A stretch of 63,262 bases of DNA, counting the filler, from Chiloscyllium plagiosum (taxonomy: Eukaryota), in NCBI RefSeq assembly GCF_004010195.1. It is 4 parts of one record of this genome, joined end to end, with 100 filler letters (N's around TTAATTAATTAA, not from the genome) between each part and the next. Parts side by side here need not be neighbours in the genome. Positions count along the whole stretch, not along the records: positions 17,473 to 45,716 come from NC_057712.1; positions 45,817 to 59,266 come from NC_057712.1; 2 more parts are not named here. The stretch is one strand, 5' to 3'. A model generated the notes under the pieces. It ran no database searches and was not told the DNA's origin. It saw only the letters and a list, made by a program, of their open reading frames with translations. Shown one piece after another: positions 37,386-51,566 of this stretch. Position 1 is the stretch's first letter. Every line of letters begins with the position of its first letter. The translations under genes and the position numbers were made by a program.

Positions 37386-38879
37386 ATGCTGATTCTGTAA
37401 TAATAACCTTGTATATTTTTGTTGTAATTTGAACGAGCTTATGAAAAACCATTATAAACCCAGATATCTTCATGCCCTCTTACTTGTCTTACTCCATTAT
37501 GCACTGAGTCAATTTGTCTGTGTTCACTGTATGTGTGTAATTACCATTATAGTGCTTATGATTTACTGCAGTGAACAGATTTCATATTTCAACAAAACTT
37601 TCAATTTAATATCAGTGACAAGATTCAAGTAGGCAAAAGCACACTGCAAGGGTGAAATGAAATAGGCATGCTTGCAGCTTTCACACTGTCGCCTGCAGAA
37701 AAATCAGTGGTAGTTCAAGGCAGTATTATATAACTGGTTAATTCATGCAGTGTGTTTTTTTTGGTAGCAGAAAATGATATTTTCAATAAGGTGTTTATAC
37801 CAGCTTGATTCACTGTTGCTTTGGATCAGAACGAACCATTTTGAACCTTTAACTTTGGCACTCGACACGTCAATCACAATCCAAGACTACAGCCACAGTG
37901 TAAACTAAGCAAAAAGATTTATGTTCAGAACCCTCCAGCCAAGTTTTAGCTCCAGAGAAGGAAGAGAAGCAAAGTGAACTAATTGGCAGAAGCTTACAGA
38001 ATGTCAAAATATTGGATAAATTGCCATTTATAGCCTGCAAAATAGAAACAGTGAAGCAAAATCTGACTCGTTGGATTTTCTTTCATTCACTTTCAAATAG
38101 ACTTGCACTGCATGAAAAGGTGAGATCGCGAAAAAAAAAATCACACCCAGCAGCTGCTGTAATATAAGATAGATAAAGGACTCTTCAATCATCTCACAGA
38201 GCCTGGTGCTGCTATGGTTACATATTTACACTTGATAGGCAGTCATCTCAAAAAAGGATTGAGCTGTCAGAAAAAGTGCGACCCAGGGGCACTGTGTAAT
38301 ACAGACAGTTGCCGCGTCTGAAGCCAAGGAACACATCCTAAATTATGCTGCACTAAAATTATAATTAAAAAAAGATAAGAATTATGTTAATATCTGCAGT
38401 ATAGACTTTGGTGAGTAGTGGGGATGAAAGCAGTGTACAGACATGCACTAATACCAGAGAATGAACTAGAAATAGTGCAGCAGCTCAGACGAGGCAAGGA
38501 CATAACGTCAAATTCAGAAATAGGCTGTCAAGAAGAGCACAGTTCTGTGTATGCAGAAATATCAAATAGCTTGCTGAACCATTCAAATACTGATCAAGTC
38601 TTTTCACTGCAGTCTTTGTTTTATTCAGGTTTTAACAGTTTGTAGTTTCTCCAGCTTCAATGAACGAGTATTTCTTTGGTTTCAATTAATTTAAACTATG
38701 ACATCACTTGGAATCACCCAAATTAAACATGTCCATCTTCCATTCTTGTACCTGCAATCAAACATTGCTGCAAGTATATTACAGGCTGGAAGTGGGGCAA
38801 ATGAGATAGCACAATGGGTAATATTTTGAACTTGTGCCTCTGGGTTAAAATTCTAGCCTCATGAATCTGAAGCCCCAGC

Positions 38880-39155
38880 GACCTGTGTGACTGTCTGTGT
38901 GGAGTCTGCACATTCTCCCCATATCTGTGCAGGGTTCCTCTGGGTGCTCCAGTTTCTTCCCACAGCCCAAAGATGTTCAGGTTAGGTGGATTGGCTATGC
39001 TAAAGTTTCCATATTGTCCTGGAATGTGCAGGCTACATGGTTTCACCATATTAAATGCAGAGTTATTGGGATAGGGACTGGGTCTGGATAGGATGATCTG
39101 AGGGGCAGTGCAGCCTTGATGGGCCAAATGGTCTCTTCCCACAATGTAGGGAGTG
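38880..39155 (+). mobile_element. Divergent V-SINE
   Basis: V-domain tgtgtggagtctgcacattctcccc...tttcttcccacag...gctaaa. Confidence 0.75.
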
Positions 39156-39479
39156 TGTGATTTTCTGCATCAAATCTTAAAACATTTTGTCCAGCTTTAT
39201 TAAGAGAGAACTGTGCTTTGTAAATTGCACTATTTCTCCAATCACATTTGTTAAATTAACAAGGGGATTAACAGTGGAATCTTCCCTCGCAGTAATCATT
39301 GCATCATGCCACCTATAATTTTTACAGCTGAACACATAATCATACTCCCCCACTTTAAGAAGCATATCACCTAATCAATTGAGCTCACAGAACAAAAGAC
39401 AAATGCATTCTTAATTGAACAGTTACTTTGTATTGTTTTTGAATGCCAGAAGAAAAGCACGTACCAAGGTAGAAAGGAT

Positions 39480-40790
39480 AAAAAAGCAACATACTATCTA
39501 AATGGTGAGAGACTGCAGAGCTTTGAGATGCAGAGGGATCTGGATGTCCTGGTGTATGAATTGCAAAAGGTTCATGTGCAGCTACAGAAAATAATTAGTA
39601 AAGCTAATAGAATGCTATCAGTTATCATGAGGGAAATTTAATAAAAAGGGAGGAAGGTTAAGCTTTTTATATCTGGAACACTGTGTATAGTACTGGTCAC
39701 CTTATTTGCAGAAGGATATAAATGTTGTTTGAGACTGTTCAACAAGGTTTATTTGATGAATACCCAGAATGGGCAGCTTGTCTTATTAGGCAAGGTTGGA
39801 TGGATTAGACTTGTATCTGGAGAGTTTAGAAGATTAAGAGGCAACTACATATGAACAGAAGATCCTGAAGGGTCTTGACAAGGTAGATGTAAAGACGAGA
39901 ACCTAAATCAGCAGCCTCCTGTTTAAAACAGAGATTAGGTGAAAAATTGTCTCTCAGAGGATTGTAGGGCTTTGGAACTCTGTCTCTAAAAAGGTGGTGG
40001 AAACAGAGTGTGTAAATAATTTTAAGGCAAAGATTTGACAGATTCTTGTAAGCAAAAGATTGAAAGATTATCAGGGACGGAATGGATTGTGGATTTGAGA
40101 TTACAATTAGATCAGCCTTATTTTTATTGAATGGTACAGCAAGCTCAAAGGGCAGAGAAGGTTCACTGGGTTGATTCCAGAGTTGAGAGGATTGGCTTAC
40201 AAAGGAGATAGTATGTAGATTGGGACTATACGCATCAGAATTTAGAAAAAATGAGGGGGAATCTTATAGGAACATATAAAGTTATGAAGGGAATAGACAA
40301 GATAGCAGCAGGGAGAACCAAAACAGAAATTTGTGGAAAAGTTCAGCAGGTCTGTCTGGCAGCATCTGTGGACTGAAGTCAGAGTTAACGTTTTGGGTCG
40401 AGTGATTGTTCCTCAGAAAGGAGGGAAATTGTTTCCACTGGTGGGTGAAATTAGAACTTGGCGGCATAGCCTCAAAATAAGGGGAAGCAGATTTAGGACT
40501 GAGTTGAGGAGGAACTTCTTCTCCCTAAGGGTTGTGAAGCTGTGGAATTCCCTGTCCAGTAAAGCAGTTTAGGCTACCTTATTAAATGTTTTTAAGATAA
40601 AGACAGAACACTAAAGAAATTAAGGGTTATGGTGAATAGGTGGATAAGTGGAGCTAAGTCCACAAAAAGATTAGCCATGATCTTACTGAATGACAGAGCA
40701 GGCTCAAAAGGGCCAGATGGTCTTCTCCTGCTCCTAGTTTTTATGTTCTTATGAACAGCCTACACCTGCTCCTGATTCATATGCTCATGT
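39480..40790 (+). mobile_element. Old CR1 3' fragment with a second CR1 3' fragment (about 40157-40753) nested in its 3'UTR
   Basis: Two successive RT-tail/3'UTR units; host 3'UTR resumes after ttatgttcttatg. Confidence 0.7.
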
Positions 40791-40999
40791 GTATGTAACC
40801 ATCTGTTCAAATTACAGATATGTGATCAACTCCAAAAGGCCGGGAAAATAGTTGTGGGTATTATTGTAAGAAACACAGGGACTTTCTGTCAGCAGTTGTA
40901 CCAAATCAGAGTCAAGGTTGGAATGCAAAATGGTAACATAGGAATGAGGGTCAGAGACTAGCAGCATGGACAAAGAGATAAATCCAGGAATACACAAAC

Positions 41000-43900
41000 A
41001 GACGAAATGTTACAAATATAATAAAAAGATGAGACAAAAGGCTCTGTATCAGAATGCGCACAGCATTGATAACAAGATAAACAAATTGATAAGATATATT
41101 GATTAGATCTGATCAGATAGCTAATACAGTGAGATATATGCATGATAACAAGTACTGAGTCTTGAATATGGAGGGGATATGGCATTTAAGAAGAATGGGA
41201 AGCTAGGGAAAGAGTCAGGAGATGAGAATGTCAGATTGGTTTGGGTTGAGATAAGAAATAGAAGAAAAATAAGTTGTCAGTGGGAGAGGTCTACAGGACC
41301 TCTCACAATAATCCCAGTGTAAGACAAAGTATATTAGAAAAAATATTAAATGCATCTGATAAAGGCATACCAATAATCATGGATGATTTTAATCCAAACA
41401 TAAACCAGATAGGGGCTAGAAAAATCGACACGCAGTGGCAGACATTTCGAGGAACAATTTCAGGATATGCATAACAAGTATGTTCCTACTACAAAGGAAC
41501 ATTTTGAGGGAAGATTCATTATCTGTGGTTAACTGAATAAGTTAAGGAAAGCAACAAACATTAGGAAAAGAGAGTGTATAATTGAGTAAAGCTGAGTGGC
41601 AGGCCAAATGATAGGTCAGAATGTAAAAAAATGGGAAAGAATAACCAAAAGATTATTCAAGACAAAGAAATTAAAGTATGAGAGACAGCCAGCAAGAAAT
41701 GTAAAAACAAACAGCATGAGTTTCTCTAAATATTCAGAAAGGAAATAAGTAAGTAAAAAGTGAATATTTGTTCTCAAGAGAGTGAGAATAGGGAGTTAAC
41801 AGTGGATAACAAGGAAAGTAGGATTAAATGAACAAATCTTTGCTTCTGCCTCCATTATAAAGAAGATTACAAAACATTCCATTGATAGCTATATTAATCA
41901 GGAGCTGCAAGGAAGAGAAGACATTATAATCATTGTGAAATTGTAATCATTAGGGAAGTATTGCTGAGCAACAGATTAGGCTATGGACTGATAGGTTCCT
42001 GGGTCCTGACTGACTTCAACCTAAAGTCTTAAAGTGGGTGGTAGATGTGTTGGTATTAACTTTCCAAAATGATAAAATCTCAAGAAGGGAGGGAGGCAGA
42101 AATAAGGAAACTTGAAGTCTGTTGTGAGGAAGGTGGCAGCATCGATCATTAAAGAAGTTATATCCAGGCACTGAGAACAATTCAAGATTATCTGGAAGAA
42201 TCAGCATAACTTTGCAAAAGGGAATTCTGTGAAATAAATTTATTGGAGTTGCTTTGAAGGGGTAACATCCTCTATGGGTAAAAGTGAGTTTGTAGGTGTA
42301 CTGTACTTGAATTTGCAGTAAGCATTTGATAAGTTGCTGATAATTTATTTTGCAAAGTAGGAGCTTATGGTGTAACACATTTTTAAAAATTCATTTCCTG
42401 GGCTGTGGGCATTGTGACTGGCCAGCATTTATTGCCTCTCCCTAGTTCCCTTTGAGGTGGTTGTGGTGAGCTGTCTTCTTGAACCACTGCACTCCACCTG
42501 CTGTGGGTTGACCCACAATGCCATTAGGGAGGGAATTGCAGAATTTTGACGCAACAACAGTAAAGGAATGGCAATATATTTCCAAGTCAGGATGTGAGTG
42601 ACTTCGAGGGGACCTTGAAAGTGATGGTATTCCCATATATCTGCTGCCCTTATCTTTCTAGATGGAAGTGGTCGTGGGTTTGGAATGTGCTGGCTGAGGA
42701 TCTTTGGTGAATTTCTACAATGCAACTTGTAGAGAGTACACACTGCTGCTATTGAGCATCGGTGAGAGAGGGAGTGGATGTTATAGTGCCAAGCGGGCTG
42801 CTTTGTCCTGGATAGTATCAAGCTTCGAGTGTTGTTTGAGGTACACTCATCTGGGCAAGTAGGGAGAATTCAATCACACTCTTGACTTGTGACTTGTAGA
42901 TGGTGGAAAGGCTTTCAGTAGTCAGGAGGTGAGTTACTCATCGCAATATTCCTAGCCTCAGACATACTGTTGTAACCACTGCATTTATGTGATGAGTCCA
43001 GTTGAGTTTCTGACCAATCATAACTCCCAAGATATTGATAGTGGGGGAATCTCAATAATGATAACACCATTGAATGTCAAGAGGTGGTGTTAGTTTGTCT
43101 CTTGTTGGTAAAGGTCATAACCTGCATTTGTGTGGCATAAATGTTACTTATCACTTGTCAGCCCAAGTCTAGATATTGTCCAGATCTTGTTGCATTTGGA
43201 CATGGACTGCTTCAATGTCTGATGAGTTGCAAATGGTGCTGAACGTTGTGCCATCATTGGTGAACATCCCTACTTCTCACCTTATGGTGGAATAAAGGTC
43301 ATTGATGAATTGGTTTAAGATGGTTGGGCCTAGGACGTTACCTTGAGGAACTCCTGCAGTGAAGTCCTGAAGCTGAGATGACTGACATCCAACAACCATG
43401 ACCATCTTCCTATGTGCCAGGTATGACTCTAACCACCAGAGAGTTTGTTCCTGATACCCACTGATTCCAGTTTTGCTGGGTCTCTTCGATGCCACACTTC
43501 GTTGAATTCAGCCTTGATGTCAAGGGCTGTCACTCTCAACTCACCTCTGGAATTCAGCTCTTTTGTCCATGTTTAATTCAAGGCTGTGATGAGGTCAGCA
43601 GCTGAATGGCCCTGGCAGACCCCTACCTGGGTGTCACGGAGCAAGCGCTGCTTGATAACACTGTTGATGACTCCTTCCATCAATTCACTTTTGGAATAGA
43701 TAAAAGATTGGCAGGAGATTAAAAAAAAATAGGTGTTTTCCTGATTGGCAAGGTATGAGTAGGGTACCATAGGATTTGTACTGGCACCTGAGCCTATTGC
43801 GATTTAAATCAATGTTTTAGATGAGGGAGCGAAGGGTTCTTATGGAGCAGTGGTAATGTCCCATCTCTGAACCAGGATGCCTGGGTTAAGGTCCCACCTG

Positions 43901-44640
43901 CTCCAGATGTGTATTATAACATCCCTTAAGAAGTGGATTAGAAAATATCTGATTTAAAGACTGAAAGCAAGGGAGGCAATTTTGCACTTGACGGAAAAAA
44001 ATCGGAAGGTGCGTGCTGAAGGCAACACAAAGTGGTTACAGGCAGCTACAGAGGTTGAGTGAATGGACAAACATCTGGCAGATGGAAAAAATGCAGAAAA
44101 AAGTTATCTATTTTGGTAAGAAGAGTAATCACTTAACTGAAAAGTGACTACAGAATTCCAAAGTAGTGAGACAGCCAAGTGTGCAAGTGAATGAACTAGA
44201 TAAATATGCACGTACAACAGCTAATTAAGATGGTTGATAGAATTCTATTCTTTATGACAAGAATTGAACATAAAAAAAGGATGATATACTTCATTTACAT
44301 ACAGCATTGGTGAGACCAAACAAATGCGTTCCATTCTGAAGACAGCATACTGGACAAGAAAGATAAACTTTGTTTCTTTCTCCACAGATGCTGCCAAGCC
44401 TAATGAGTTTCTCCAGCAGTTTCTGTTTTTATTTCAGCATGTACCACTGTTTTGGTCTCCTTATTTAAGGAAGGATGTAAATGTGCTGGTGGTGATTCAA
44501 AGAAGGTTTACTTGGTTGATGTCTTGAAACAGCAGTTGGTCTTAGGAGGAAACGATGAACAGACTAGAATTGCTTCCATTGGAGTTTAGAATACAGAGGA
44601 CTGCCTTGATTGAAGTATTCTGAATGGTCTTGATTTGGTG
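41000..44640 (+). mobile_element. Old CR1 ORF2 remnant split by nested insertions
   Basis: APE (IIMDDFN) at about 41375, RT motifs at 42000-42340, resuming GVP.G.VL at about 43760. Confidence 0.6.
42385..43683 (-). mobile_element. Second copy of the 26464-28380 LINE family
   Basis: Reverse complement similarity; AGVPQGNVLGPTILNQFINDL. Confidence 0.85.
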
Positions 44641-45062
44641 AAAGTTAGACCAAAGCTTCAAGAAGCTTGCGATGCTAACATCTCATGGAAATAAGTTTTT
44701 AAAACTTGCTGACCCTACAAATGTTATCCTGCACATGCACATAATTTCACAGGCCAACCTCACATAACATCTGGAATTTTAAGCTCAGTGCTGAAGTAGT
44801 TGATCATTGCTGAGTTGAGTAAGTATTGTTTGTTATAACTGAACAAATAAATAGGGAACCACAATGGAAAACTGATCAAGATCAAATCCTGCTTCAGTTA
44901 CAGTTCACAGCATCTCGCACTGATCTAAGAAAATGCACAATAGGTAGATTAAAGCCTCCAATAGTAAATACTGGCTATAATAGCTCTGAGCAATACAAGT
45001 GATTAGGTCTGTTAGAGTGGTATCAACTGTTCTCCAGTGAATTGCAGAAAGAAAACAATAAT

Positions 45063-45420
45063 TTCCATTTATATTGGGCCTTTCATAGCCTCAGGAAATC
45101 TCAAAGGGCTTCAAACACAATTACATAACTTTCGAAGTGAAGTACTGTAGGAAATGCAGTAGTCAAAACTGAATACAGTAGGGTCCCACAAACAGTAGAG
45201 AAATAATGCTGAAATAATTTGTTTTAGTGATTTTGGTTGAGATTTCAAGATTGGTCAGGACACTAGAAGAACTTCCCCTCTTCTTTCAGTAGTGCTATTC
45301 TCTCCATTGGAGGGGGCAGATGGCACTTCAGTTCAACTATACATCTGTAAAGTTGCACCTTTACCACTGCAGTACTCCCTCAGTGCTGCACTGCACTACA
45401 ACTTGGATTGTGCTCAAGCC
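45063..45420 (-). mobile_element. Deu-domain SINE, degenerate
   Basis: Similar to 11517-11880. Confidence 0.6.
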
Positions 45421-45716
45421 AATCTCATTTAGAAGGAAGGAGGATAAGACAATGCTGTAAATTTGGCATTGAGAGAAAATGCTAACATATAAGGCGAGGG
45501 TTTTCGACATGTGGCAGTTTCAAACCATTAGTTACATTTAATTATCCTGACACCAGGGGTCTGTTGCATGTTCCCAGTTCCAGGGTCACTGGAAAAGAGC
45601 TGAAAGGTAAAAAAGATGAGAAGATAGTGTGAGATTTACAGGGGTCGAGAGAGACTTCCTGTGAAAGAAGAGAGACAGAGATGGCGAAGGGTGGGTGGGT
45701 GTGTGTGTGTGTGTGT

Positions 45717-45816
45717 NNNNNNNNNNNNNNNNNNNNNNNNNNNNNNNNNNNNNNNNNNNNTTAATTAATTAANNNNNNNNNNNNNNNNNNNNNNNNNNNN
45801 NNNNNNNNNNNNNNNN
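45717..45816. other. Artificial scaffold join preceded by (GT)n microsatellite
   Basis: 44N-TTAATTAATTAA-44N; (GT)9 at 45699-45716. Confidence 0.95.
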
Positions 45817-46551
45817 AATGGTCCAGGAAATGGCTGATGAAATTCAATGTGAGCAAATGCGAGGTCTTGCACTTTGGAAAAAAGAATACAAGCATTGACT
45901 ACTTTCTAAATGGTGAGAAAATTCATAAAGCCAAAGTACAAAGGGATCTGGGAGTGCTAGTCGAGGATTCTCTAAAGGTAAACATGCAAGTTGAGTCCGT
46001 GATTAAGAAATCGAATGCAATGTTGTCATTTATCTCAAGAGGGTTGGAATATAAAAGCACCGTTGTGCTTTTTCATCAGTTCCTCTCTCATGCCCTCATA
46101 ATTACCTTTAACTGTAACACCATTACATCCGATTTTGCCTTCTCTCTTTCAAACTGCAGACTGAACTCTACCATATTATGATCGCTGCTTCCTAAGTGTT
46201 CCCTTCCTTTAAGATTTTTTTATAAAGTCTGGTTCATTACAGAGCACGAGGTCCAGAATAGCCTGCTCCCTTGTGGGCTCCATGACAAGCTGTTCCAAAA
46301 AGCCATCCTGTAAGTATTCCATGAATTCCCTTTCTTTGGATCCACTGGCAACATTACTTACCCAATCCATCTGCATATTGAAGTCTCCCATGATCACCGT
46401 GACCTTGCCTTTCTGACATACCTTCTCTATTTCCCAGTACATGTTGCGCCCCTGGTCCTGACCACTGTTAGGAGGTCTCTACATAATTCCCATTATGGTT
46501 TTTTTGCCTTTGCGGTTCCTCAATTCCACCCACACAGACTCCACATCATCC
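45817..46551. mobile_element. Two CR1 fragments in opposite orientation (+ RT tail 45817-46066; - endonuclease 46067-46551)
   Basis: MKFNVSKCEVLHFG...QRDLGVLV on plus; VIMGDFN...FLEQLVMEPTREQAILDLVL on minus. Confidence 0.8.
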
Positions 46552-47346
46552 TGTGATGATTTCAGCCACTGCTACAATTAACTCAGGTTGGTAGAGTTGT
46601 GGATGGCAGAGTTCAGGGATTGTTGACTAACTAACTCACCCCAAGGCTTTAAAGACTGTTCCTCATCTAATAAAGCTTGTAGTAATGAATTTGGTTTGTT
46701 ATATTAAAGTTCTAATTGGATGAGGTTACACATTTCTGAATAGTTTAACTCATTACCCATAAATATCTTGCTTATGTTACATAAATTATGGTTTTATTCC
46801 TACTTTAATGGTTAACAGAATTGGAAAGGTCATCTGTGACAAGCTTCATCGAATACTCTTTCCACTTAAAACTTAAATTTTCTGATATTTTCAGCTCATC
46901 TCTCTTACCAAGTTCTGGACGAATTGCCAATTAACTAGTTGTGTGAGCTTATAGATATGGAAGGTGATGATGTAGAGTTGTAAAAGTTCAGATTTGGCAT
47001 CCCGATGACCCACCAAACTAAGTCTTAGTTTTGATCTAATAAAGGAGCACTAACTGCTTGATCTTAGGAACTCTGAATATGCGAATGTTAAAATCAGCTT
47101 GAGACAAATTTCCTTAATTTAGAATTCCAAAGAGTCCTATTGGTTAATTTCTCAGGGCAGTTCCTTGACATCAGAATCAAGTAGCCTAGTTTAAAATTTA
47201 AACCTGGTTGTTAAATGTCAATCACCATTAATGGGTGCATTCTCCATGGCTCTACCAATCAGTGCCCACTTGCAACCAAATAGTCTATGCATGTCATGCA
47301 GCATTAAATGTGGTTTTTCTCTTGATTTGGTATTCTTGTATAATGG

Positions 47347-47552
47347 AAGAAAGTAAGGTATGCAGATGCTAGAGATCAGAATTGAAAGTGTGGCACTGGA
47401 AAAGCACAGCAGGTCAGGCAGCATCCAAGGAACAGGGGAGTCAACATTTTGGGCATTAGCCCTTCATGATGAAGGGCTTATGCCCAAAATGTCAACTCTC
47501 CTACTCCTCAGATGCTGCTTGACCTGTGCTTTTCTGGCACCACACTTTTTGA
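47347..47552. mobile_element. Fold-back Penelope-derived element
   Basis: Inverted dimer centred on CCCTTCATGATGAAGGG at about 47461-47477. Confidence 0.85.
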
Positions 47553-48556
47553 TTCTTGTAAAACATCCTGATAACTGCAAAACAAAAAGCTTTGATAAAA
47601 TGTCTTTTTTTCAGTAATACTCAAATGTGTTATTATTGATATGGGAATATTATAACCAAAATACAATTGATGGCATTATTGTCCAAGGAGGATTCGTGTC
47701 CCCTTTGTGGACCTAACCTTCATTATCAGAGAGTAAACCCAAGAAGCAAATTGCTTTATAAGTATGCAATTTGGAAGAAGCGAACATCCTTGAACATTCT
47801 GGATTATTTCTTGTGTATTTTTTATCAAAAGGAATGACACCAGTGGTAAAGATATTAAGTTATTGTCTCAAAACCAAAACTTTGAAACTATTTGATAAAA
47901 CTTGTTGAATCTTTAAAGGATTGCTTGAGTTTACTCTTGATTGTAAATCATATTTTGTGCCTTGAGATTGTATAAGAGCTACTTTCTTTCAGATGTGCAG
48001 AAGTAACAATCAATTTCTTATTGCTTCTGCTAGCATTGTTTTTGTCTCCAATTTTCTTTTATCCCAGAAGATTCCAATTCATTTATGATCCTCCACAGTG
48101 AACACAGATATGAAGCACATGACCACAGAGTTTAATCCTGTTCACAGTACATTTACAGAACCAGATGTCGGTTTGTAAACAGTAAGGAATCTTGCTAATT
48201 TTTTCCTTTCCTAATCCAATATGCCATCTGCTCGGAATAGTTAATGTAGCACAAATCAGGAATTAAAAATAGCCTGGATGCCCATCTTCTTGAAAAGCAT
48301 ACTTGGACTGCATATTATTTGTTGGGGTGTGGGGCATAGTTCATAAGGGCTGAATTATTCCATGTTCAGAGATTCATTCATAATGATTTGTGGCTTCATT
48401 TTTAATATTAGGAATAAAAGCTTTATAAACATTAAATGAAGGTTTAGTATTCCAGCAGGAGTATTTCTTCAAGTTTTTGGCTTGTTCGGAGCAGAAACAT
48501 GAGTCTATTAAATAAAGAAAGCTACACCTAATTTTTTGATATATGGAGATTATTTA

Positions 48557-48750
48557 TTCAAAGTTTGGGAGAAGATTTGTAGCTCGGGTGCTTGTTGTGG
48601 TTGTGTTGGCCGAGCTGGGAATTTGTGTTGCAGATGTTTCGTCCCCTGTCTAAGTGACATCCTCAGTGCTTGGGAGCCTCCTGTGAAGCGCTTCTGTGAT
48701 GTTTCCTCCGGCATTCATAGTGGTTTGTCTCTGCCGCTTCCGGTTGTCAA
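48557..48750 (-). mobile_element. Penelope pseudo-LTR fragment with hammerhead core
   Basis: End shared with 29604-29630; minus core GCA-CTGAGGA-T-GTC...GAC-GAAA-C-ATC-TGC at 48630-48669. Confidence 0.75.
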
Positions 48751-49769
48751 CTTAAACAATACTCCTTCAAAACCCACAATCGTAATTAAGTCAGATAAAA
48801 GACAAATGGTTCAACGCCGATACTATTTTTGCAATTATGAAACACTATGAATCAAAGGACAACCATAATTGTGCAAAGTTTGATTGGGTGACCTTGGGTC
48901 TAACATGAATTCTTACTTTTAAGCTTTCTTGGATTTTTATTTTCATTTCCTCCACATGGAGGAAGAGATGCTCTTTGTCTGCAGGCTCTGGATGTTTCTC
49001 ATTCTCTGCTTAATCTTCTGGTATTTACAACTTTTTAAACACTCTGTAGCCTAACCAATCAGAGGGCTGTTGCCAGACTGAATTAACTTCAAAAGACTCT
49101 CTGCCATTCAACCTCAAATTTTCCCTCGTGTTTTGCATCCAAAAGCAACATTTTCTTACATCGCTCAACAATATGCAACACTTGATTTTTAAGTTGCAAA
49201 ACTTTCTTGATTTTCAGTCCAACTTCCACTTCAGTTTACAGTCCCAAAAAAATGAAATATGTAGTCTCTTACACAGAACACGTAGAACCTGTGCTTTATG
49301 CAGTAAGACGTAAGCCAGGTAATTATGGTGACATTTATAAATGCTGATTGGATTTTAAATGGAATATTGTTTCAATTTTTAGGCACACTTAAGTACATCC
49401 ATTTCAAGATGATTGGTTAAAGAAGAGGTGACATAAGGATTTTTTTTTGACGTACTAAGTGATTTGGATCTGGAAATAGCCGCCTGAGGGTTCTGTAGTG
49501 GATTATAAAATCTGAAGAGAAAAGAATTTGGAGGACCATGGGCACTGAGTTATTCTTTCTAACCACCAGGTTACTCTGAACTGAGTTATCTTACACAAGG
49601 TCATAACAAGCTAAATGTCCTTCTTCAAAAATGGGTAAAACTTACTCGGTGGAATAAAATGGATACTTTATCAAATTTCTGACATTACAAAGTCCTGAAG
49701 GTTATGAATTACTTCAATTTCATTTTGTTCACTTTTAATTTCTCAAAACATTCTAAGCATGGACGTCTA

Positions 49770-50855
49770 AAGGAACTTAGGAGCAGAAGTATAGTTATTC
49801 AATCCATTGAGTCTGCTCTAACATTATTTTGAGATCATGGCTGATCTGATCAGTCTCAATTATATAATATGACAACTGGATACTGGAGTTCTGAAACTAA
49901 AACCGATATTGCTGGAGAAATTCAAGTCTGGCAGCATCTATGGGGAGAATACAGTTTTTCAAATCTGGTGGCTATTCATCAGAACTGTTGAAGAGTTCTG
50001 CTGAAGAGTCACCAGGCTCATAATATTAAACTGTTTTCTTCCCACAGATACGACCAGATCTGCTGAGTTTCTTCAGCAATTTCTATTTTTGTTTCAAATC
50101 CTCAACTCCGCTTTCCAACTCTTTTTCTATATCCTTGATTCCCTTACTGATTAAAAATCTGTCTATTTCAGCCTTGAAAACACTTAATGACCCAGACTTA
50201 ACAGCCTTTTGCAGTAAAGAATTCCATAGATGCACCACCTGCTGAGAGAAGAAATTCCTGTTTATCTCTGTCTTAAATGTGCAACCCCTTGTCCTGAGAT
50301 TATGTCTTCTGGTCCTAGACTCAGCCAAAGAAAAACAACCTTGCAGCAACTACCCTGCCAACTCCCCTGAGTATCGTGCATGTTTCAAAAAGATTGCCTC
50401 TCATTCTTCTTTATTCTAATGAGTATAGGCCCAATTTACTCAACATCTTAAAAGACCTTCAGATCAAGTATCAATCTACTGAACCTTCTCTGGACTGCAT
50501 CCAAACGCAATATACCTTTCCTTAGACAAGGGGAGGAACCAAAGCGCTTCACAGTATTCTAGCCGTGGGCTGACTGGTGCCATGTGTAGTTTTAACAAAA
50601 CCCCTCTGCTTTTATACTCTGCTCCTTTTGAGATAAAGGCCAACATTCTATTTGCTTTCCCTGTTACCCACTGAACTTGGATGCTACCTGCTTGTGATTC
50701 ATGGATGAGGACCCCCCCCCCCCCAATCATTATGTTCCATGCCTTTCTGCAGTCTTTCTTTATTTAAATAATGTTCTGCTCCTTTATTCTTTCTTTTAAA
50801 AACCATAATCTCACACTTCCCATTAGTATATTCCATTTGTCAAATTTTTGCCTTC
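49770..50855 (-). mobile_element. CR1 3' fragment; host of the Gypsy insertion (resumes at 54027-54300) and of a fold-back PLE fragment at about 49893-50099
   Basis: SRTRRHNLRTRG...LWNSL, PRLEYC on minus; CR1 sequence is continuous across the Gypsy TSD. Confidence 0.8.
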
Positions 50856-51566
50856 TGTTATGAAGATGTAGATGTGTACTGTATCTTTGACAGAGAGGAA
50901 GCTGGCAAGGAATGTAAGCACAGAATGTGCTGAACAATTTAAAAATGTAACATTTGGTTAACACAAATAGCTGGTATTGTGTTGCCAGAATACAAAAACA
51001 AAATTCAAATTCGGCCAATCAGTTTAAATTATGCCCTGGAGACCAAAATCTAATTGAATTTGAATTTAGTGTTTTGATGACATCAAACCAATGAAATGAT
51101 TTTATGTTTTTGGGTATAAAACCAGACATTTTGAACAGGGGAGAACTGCAAAGAGCACCAACAAGTACAGACTGCTAGCCGAATAGCTCTCCAAAAAGTA
51201 CCTATCCACAAGAAAAGTTGTGCAGCAGAAGACCAAACAAAAGATGACCCAGGAAAATACAGAGGAGAATCGAGAAAGCCATCTGGTTTTGAAACGATTT
51301 TTTTTTGTATATCTTAATCGGGCTTTATTATCGGACCAGTGCTGTAGAGTGGGAGGTAAAAGATAAATTTAAGAGAAAGGAGCTGTAAATAGTTGTGGTT
51401 TTAATGTTCTCTATTGGATTTAAAGAATAAAATTGTTAATTTTTACTTTAAACTGCGAAATCTGAGTTTTTTGCCCCTCAAAGTTTAACAGATTACAGTG
51501 CGAGGTGAGCTTCTCTGTGTGTCGGGTTTAAATTAGCGGAGGTATTTGCCGAGTATCGTAACAGTA

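Noticed and set aside
38418..38645. 75-aa ORF in unique sequence
   Set aside because: No recognisable homology, non-ATG start, and length within chance expectation.
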